20,000 nucleotides of DNA from an uncultured virus (IMG/VR IMGVR_UViG_3300020557_000008). Lineage: Duplodnaviria; Heunggongvirae; Uroviricota; Caudoviricetes. The stretch lies in the IMG/VR virus record IMGVR_UViG_3300020557_000008, positions 56,635 to 76,634 of that record. One strand, given 5' to 3'. Position numbers and translations under genes: made by a program. Positions 16,041 to 20,000 of this stretch are shown piece after piece. Position 1 is the stretch's first letter. Each line of letters begins with the position of its first letter. A model generated the notes under the pieces. It made no database searches and had not been told where the DNA came from. It saw only the letters and a list, made by a program, of their open reading frames with translations.

Positions 16041-16718
16041 CTATGAAAGATACGCCTTTCCAGCGAAAGAGTGTGAGAAGGTCACCGTTAGGGCATTTTC
16101 CGACACATACGTGACCTCCCCCACAACTTTGCTGAGGGCGCTATCAACAATGCTGACATTTGGGTAAAACTTCATATTGTGCGTGATATTCCATGTATTC
16201 GATGCAGTTGGTTGGTCGTGTACATACCTAGAACGGGTTCTTAATTCCTCTATTGCGTCCTGAACATTGACAGAGGTGATTTCTGATGTCGGAACAAAAA
16301 TGATGTTCTCTGCTGAACCAGCATCCGAAAAAGCGTCATTGACATACTCAACAGTCGCATAGTTCTCCTGCACGACTGGAGCAATATTTGGGGCAAGGTC
16401 CGCCAAGTCAACAGCACCAAGAATCGCGTCCTTGTCAATCTCGATAAAGTATTTATTTAGTGCGCATCCAGAAATTCGCTCTGTCACTTCATAGGTAACG
16501 CCAAGGGGTTCTGTTGCGGTGTCGTTGGTCGCGTACAAGACAACCGAAAAAGAGCCAGATGCACTGAGTGTCGCGGTAACCAAAGATGGAGCAACTGTGA
16601 GATTGAATTGAGGTTGACGCATTGGTGCAGTAAGGAGGAACGTGACGCGACCGGACTGCGGGTTGCCAGTTCCTGTCTCAACATACGTTCCCGTAACGGT
16701 GATTGGTGTAAATGCCAT
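16041..16718 (-). CDS. Minor tail/structural protein
   Basis: 225 aa. The N-terminal beta-rich domain (VTGTYV...GRVTF...GSFSVVLYATND) resembles actinophage minor tail proteins. It also has an NVQDAIEEL motif and a C-terminal WNITHN...V..VD domain. Confidence 0.68.
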   Translation of the reverse strand: MAFTPITVTGTYVETGTGNPQSGRVTFLLTAPMRQPQFNLTVAPSLVTATLSASGSFSVVLYATNDTATEPLGVTYEVTERISGCALNKYFIEIDKDAILGAVDLADLAPNIAPVVQENYATVEYVNDAFSDAGSAENIIFVPTSEITSVNVQDAIEELRTRSRYVHDQPTASNTWNITHNMKFYPNVSIVDSALSKVVGEVTYVSENALTVTFSHSFAGKAYLS

Positions 16719-17107
16719 TACTGCGCCTTTTGTATGACGTTGAGGGTTACTGCGTGTAAAATAGTATCATCCTCGGAGTCGAAGGCTCTTTGTATGTCTG
16801 CGACACGAACCCTGTAAACAAACTTGTTTGCGCTCAAATTTGCATTGTCTAGCGCAGCAACAACCTCGTCAATAATTGCTGTGTTTTCTGATTGGCGCAA
16901 CTGCCACAGGCTGACCTGAACGAGCCGTGTCCTTGCCAGTACAACCTGGTCTCCAATCAGTGCCGGGGTATTCCCAAGTTCGTCAAAGATTGTGATATAT
17001 GGATATGCAGTTTCCGGTGGAGCGATATCTCTATAAATACGCGAACCAACGCTTGTTATCGAATCATTGACCAGCACGGTCCGGATAGCGCCGCCGATGG
17101 AAGCCAT
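16718..17107 (-). CDS. Tail completion/terminator protein (DUF3168 / SPP1 gp17-like)
   Basis: About 129 aa with RIYRDIAPPETAYPYITI...VQVSLW; last gene of the neck cluster. The ATG at 17107 overlaps the upstream TGA. Confidence 0.72.
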   Translation of the reverse strand: MASIGGAIRTVLVNDSITSVGSRIYRDIAPPETAYPYITIFDELGNTPALIGDQVVLARTRLVQVSLWQLRQSENTAIIDEVVAALDNANLSANKFVYRVRVADIQRAFDSEDDTILHAVTLNVIQKAQ

Positions 17108-17619
17108 CACATCTCCAAATCAAGGGTGAACACCGAACCCTTAAGGGAGCGGGTCTTGCGGGAATAAGCAATCTTTAGGTGGCGGGCAACATTTGACGCG
17201 GCAACAGCCGCTACTTTATCTTTTGCTGGCCTAATGAATGGTCGTGGCTGTGTCGTTGTTGTGCCGAATTCCAAATCTTTTGCAAATGATGCATTGCTGC
17301 CAAACTCTGCAATTGCCGGATTTTGATTTGGCCCACTAACCACCTTGTTGTAGATACTTGGCTCAAGCGTTTCACCGCGCATTGCTGCCGGTGGTTCACC
17401 TGGAGCAGAAGACATTCTTTTCTTTCCGTTCTTAAAATACGGTCTGTAACTACCTTTTTGGAGAATAAAGCGGGTTGTCTCGTTAAAGCCAATTACAGAC
17501 AAATCTTCTGCTGCTTTACGCATCTGATATACGCCGGCCAAAATAATGCTCTTGACTTGTGGCTCTAATGAATCCAGGATTTTGTAAAGTTTTTGCGTTG
17601 GTGTCAATTTGGAAGCCAT
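17107..17619 (-). CDS. HK97 gp10-like neck/tail component
   Basis: SSAPGEPPA...SI...LEFGT...PRPFIRPA is typical of this family. Probable start is MASKL at 17619 (TAATG overlap). Confidence 0.8.
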   Translation of the reverse strand: MASKLTPTQKLYKILDSLEPQVKSIILAGVYQMRKAAEDLSVIGFNETTRFILQKGSYRPYFKNGKKRMSSAPGEPPAAMRGETLEPSIYNKVVSGPNQNPAIAEFGSNASFAKDLEFGTTTTQPRPFIRPAKDKVAAVAASNVARHLKIAYSRKTRSLKGSVFTLDLEM

Positions 17620-17951
17620 TATCGCATTGTCCTTCTGCATTCTGCGCGAATGTGTGTTTTCGTAAACAGCAAAGAATCTATTTCGTAAACGCCATTCACA
17701 ACTTGATGAAAATTATTAATAACAACTTGGTCACCATAGGTCACGCTTGCGCTAAGTGGAAGTCGGCAAACAATGTTGCGCTCTTCACTTATTTGACCAA
17801 CAGTGTTCTCCATCACTTCCTCGGATGCTTTTTGATGGATTGAACCGTAAACTGTTGTATCGGAACCTGTATTGCTCCAGATTCCTTCTGATTCATTTGC
17901 ATAACCAGCAATCATGTTTCGGATTACTATCGGCGTGTAGGCACCTCGCAT
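17619..17951 (-). CDS. Head-closure (stopper) protein, SPP1 gp16-like
   Basis: About 110 aa, beta-rich (TTVYGSI...VTYGDQVVI...VYEID), lying between the adaptor and gp10-like genes. Probable ATG at 17951. Confidence 0.6.
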   Translation of the reverse strand: MRGAYTPIVIRNMIAGYANESEGIWSNTGSDTTVYGSIHQKASEEVMENTVGQISEERNIVCRLPLSASVTYGDQVVINNFHQVVNGVYEIDSLLFTKTHIRAECRRTMR

Positions 17952-17952
17952 A

Positions 17953-18513
17953 TCACACAATCACCCTTCGCTTAAATCTCTTTACGGAGTTAAGTTCACG
18001 CTCGGTAAATCCGCCTTCCCCACCGTCGGGAAAAATGTAATCAGTTCCCTCAACATTGAGCCTTGCAAGACCCTGAGCGTCGATGAGGAACTTACTCATT
18101 TCGCGTGTTGCTGCTGTGTAGAGCACGCGCTCAAGTGCGACAGTGTCGCTAGAGGTCATTCCTGCGGTGTAGGTGACAAGTGCTTGATTGCCTGTTCCAG
18201 CAATTCGGATGTTGTCAATACCCCAAGGGAAAATGTCAAAGTCGGCAATATTTTGCTCTTCTTCTTCTCCTGGCATTCCAACATAAAAAGATGTGACACT
18301 CTGGACTGGAGCATGGCGCAGGAATATCTGGCGCTGTCCGGGGACCAACTTGTGCTCTTCTTCTGAATAGAGCCTGGCGCCGAGAGGGCGGTTCAAAAAG
18401 TATTCAAGTTCAGCCTCAAGAGATGCAAGAATCGACATGGCGGCGTCTTGTTGGGCTGCCGTGAATGTCTTCCCCATGAATATTTCGAGGTCGTCATAGG
18501 TGAGAATGGCCAT
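17953..18513 (-). CDS. Head-tail adaptor protein (gp6/gp15-like)
   Basis: 186 aa. MAILTYDDLE...LEYFLNRPL...LRHAPVQSV...VTYTAG...FTERELNSVKRFK is a typical adaptor layout, and the gene position fits. Confidence 0.78.
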   Translation of the reverse strand: MAILTYDDLEIFMGKTFTAAQQDAAMSILASLEAELEYFLNRPLGARLYSEEEHKLVPGQRQIFLRHAPVQSVTSFYVGMPGEEEEQNIADFDIFPWGIDNIRIAGTGNQALVTYTAGMTSSDTVALERVLYTAATREMSKFLIDAQGLARLNVEGTDYIFPDGGEGGFTERELNSVKRFKRRVIV

Positions 18514-18520
18514 AAAGCCG

Positions 18521-18526
18521 ATAATA
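18521..18526 (-). promoter_or_regulatory. Putative -10 element (TATTAT), leaderless, for the neck/fibre operon
   Basis: TANNNT 7 nt upstream of the ATG at 18513. Confidence 0.58.
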
Positions 18527-18554
18527 CACCAGACGTCAAAATTATTTTATTTGG

Positions 18555-18953
18555 CTACTCTTCTGCTTCGCATACCCAGAATATGTTCTTGTATGCGAAT
18601 ACCCCGTAATCGCCATCTCCGAGGTCCAGCATGAAGCCCATATCCTCTGCGTTAATGCGCACATCCACCTTGTCGACATACCCAAAACATGAGTGCATGA
18701 TGATGTTGTTATCGTCAAGCAGTTCCCAGCCGTACCGAACTTCAATGCGCTTATCTAGGTCGTAGGCGCTACGAATCATCCCAGTAGTGGCAACGCGACC
18801 AATCAGGCTTTCGTAAGGGTTCTCCGGGTTGAAGTCATCCCTCTCCATGAAAATCTTGAAGATTGCCGCCTTGATGAGGGCATAGGCGTGTGGGTGCGAC
18901 CACGCCCCAGAGAAGTCCAGGTCCAGCGACTCTTCGTCGTCCGGCTCTTGCAC
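18555..18953 (-). CDS. Hypothetical acidic protein (~132 aa)
   Basis: C-terminal part of track ORF 18555..19067. The likely start is the GTG at 18953, 4 nt after the stop of the small upstream gene. Confidence 0.62.
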   Translation of the reverse strand: MQEPDDEESLDLDFSGAWSHPHAYALIKAAIFKIFMERDDFNPENPYESLIGRVATTGMIRSAYDLDKRIEVRYGWELLDDNNIIMHSCFGYVDKVDVRINAEDMGFMLDLGDGDYGVFAYKNIFWVCEAEE

Positions 18954-18957
18954 GGCG

Positions 18958-19116
18958 TTACTTTGTTTCGATATTTGCGAAAGAAGAAACAGCGATTGGA
19001 AGCACTTTGTACTTCTTGGCCTCATCAATCGTAAGCCTGTCGCCTTTACTGTGGACTCGGACGGCAACGCCGTTGCGTGTCTCGAAGATATCGCGTGGGG
19101 AAATTACGTGTGTCAT
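18958..19116 (-). CDS. Small hypothetical protein (52 aa), absent from the ORF track
   Basis: Manual translation: MTHVISPRDIFETRNGVAVRVHSKGDRLTIDEAKKYKVLPIAVSSFANIETK*. It fits the gap exactly and has a TAGAGT hexamer 6 nt upstream. Confidence 0.7.
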   Translation of the reverse strand: MTHVISPRDIFETRNGVAVRVHSKGDRLTIDEAKKYKVLPIAVSSFANIETK

Positions 19117-19122
19117 GCCAAC

Positions 19123-19128
19123 ACTCTA
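19123..19128 (-). promoter_or_regulatory. Putative -10 element (TAGAGT), leaderless
   Basis: TANNNT 6 nt upstream of the ATG at 19116; overlaps the TAG stop of the upstream gene. Confidence 0.5.
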
Positions 19129-19656
19129 GCAGGCATCAATAATCAAATGCACACGGTCTATTTTTGAGCCATTTTGCACGCTGTGAAGTTTCCCAGTGTT
19201 GTTTATTTCCCAAATCTCGCCCATGGGGATATGCATCTCTTCGCCATCTACTTCGAACGTGCACTTTTGGTCTGTCGTTACCGGGAGGTGAAATCGTCTT
19301 GTTACTTGCAATAATTCTGTTGCATCCTTATGTCTGCCGATTGATTTGCCCGCTTTTAGAAGCACAAGATTTGCTCTGCGAATATTGCTGTGCTGTCCAA
19401 TGCTAGATAAATAATTTTCTATTTCTTTTAGATGATTTGCAAATGAGTCATAGAACCGCGGGGCTATTTTTCTTGCTTGTGGAAGTTCATTGAACAAGAT
19501 TGGAATCGTCAATGTGTCACGATGGCCAATGATGTTGTCCTGCCTATAGGTAAATGCTTCCCACGATGATGGAGAGAGTGAATTGACTGTGTTTGCTATT
19601 GAAGACGTGTCGTGATATCCAACAAATCTAAAATTGAAATCTTTATCTAATGCCAT
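19126..19656 (-). CDS. Aspartyl/asparaginyl beta-hydroxylase-family 2OG-Fe(II) oxygenase
   Basis: RRANLVLLKAGKSIGRHKD...RFHLPVTT...GEIWEINNTGKLHSVQNGSKIDRVHLIID is a typical signature for this family. Probable start is MALDK at 19656, because the longer start lies inside the terminator. Confidence 0.85.
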   Translation of the reverse strand: MALDKDFNFRFVGYHDTSSIANTVNSLSPSSWEAFTYRQDNIIGHRDTLTIPILFNELPQARKIAPRFYDSFANHLKEIENYLSSIGQHSNIRRANLVLLKAGKSIGRHKDATELLQVTRRFHLPVTTDQKCTFEVDGEEMHIPMGEIWEINNTGKLHSVQNGSKIDRVHLIIDAC

Positions 19657-19664
19657 ATGTCCAT

Positions 19665-19719
19665 AAAAGCCGAAGCCCCCGCCTTTGTCCATTGCTGGAC
19701 TCGGGCGGGGGCAACGACT
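19665..19719 (-). terminator. Intrinsic terminator-like hairpin after the major capsid gene
   Basis: Minus strand: agtcg-tt-GCCCCCGCC-cga-GTCCA-gcaa-TGGAC-aaa-GGCGGGGGC-tt-cggct-tttat. This is a long GC-rich stem with a GCAA tetraloop and a short U tract. Confidence 0.8.
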
Positions 19720-19734
19720 AAGCCGTTAGGCTAA

Positions 19735-20000
19735 TCACTCAGGTGCGCCGTCGAATTCAACTTCGACAAACGACTCTGGGCGCTTCACCGCGAGGGCAAG
19801 GCGCTCTTCGGCCAGAATCGCCACGGCGTTCCGGATGAAGAAGTCGCTGTGCTGCTCAGCAACGCGGATGTTGCCTTCCATGCGGTCGTACAGCGTGGCG
19901 CCGATACCGAACGCACCGACGAGAGCGTAGCCCTCGGTGATGGCCGGAGTGGCAACCATTGGCAGACGCCACAGGCGGGCTTCAGCACCCATCGACACCG
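19735..20000 (-). CDS. Major capsid protein, HK97 fold (C-terminal part; 5' end outside the window)
   Basis: RLWRLPMVATPAITEGYALVGAF...LYDR...HSDFFIRNAVAILAEERLALAVKRPESFV is a typical HK97-family MCP C-terminus. It has strong GC3 codon bias and is followed by a terminator. Confidence 0.93.
   Translation of the reverse strand, partial: VSMGAEARLWRLPMVATPAITEGYALVGAFGIGATLYDRMEGNIRVAEQHSDFFIRNAVAILAEERLALAVKRPESFVEVEFDGAPE

Noticed and set aside
18954..19067. N-terminal extension of track ORF 18555..19067
   Set aside because: It overlaps the better-supported 52-aa gene in another frame. The GTG at 18953 is the more plausible start.
19657..19692. Track start of the AspH-like gene (MDKGGGFGF)
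   Set aside because: It lies within the terminator hairpin. The ATG at 19656 is preferred.

Overview
This window is part of a tailed dsDNA phage genome, probably from an actinobacterial host (inferred from pervasive leaderless TANNNT promoters). Almost all genes are on the minus strand. Reading right to left: the C-terminus of an HK97-fold major capsid protein and its terminator; an Asp/Asn-beta-hydroxylase-family 2OG oxygenase; two small hypothetical genes; four neck genes (adaptor, stopper, HK97 gp10-like, tail completion); four fibre-type structural genes, including a 1812-aa mosaic repeat fibre; and a small FN3 protein ending in 12 copies of PP(F/Y/C)F. Next comes an ~8 kb enzyme cassette with four prolyl-4-hydroxylase-like 2OG-Fe(II) oxygenases, a PhyH-like protein lacking metal ligands, a DUF6065-like protein, an atypical glutathione-peroxidase-like protein, a truncated Rossmann dehydrogenase, a methyltransferase-like protein and several related small proteins. 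The best candidate for a new system is this cassette acting post-translationally on the Pro/Phe-repeat tail of the FN3 protein. All family assignments come from motif recognition by eye, not from database searches.
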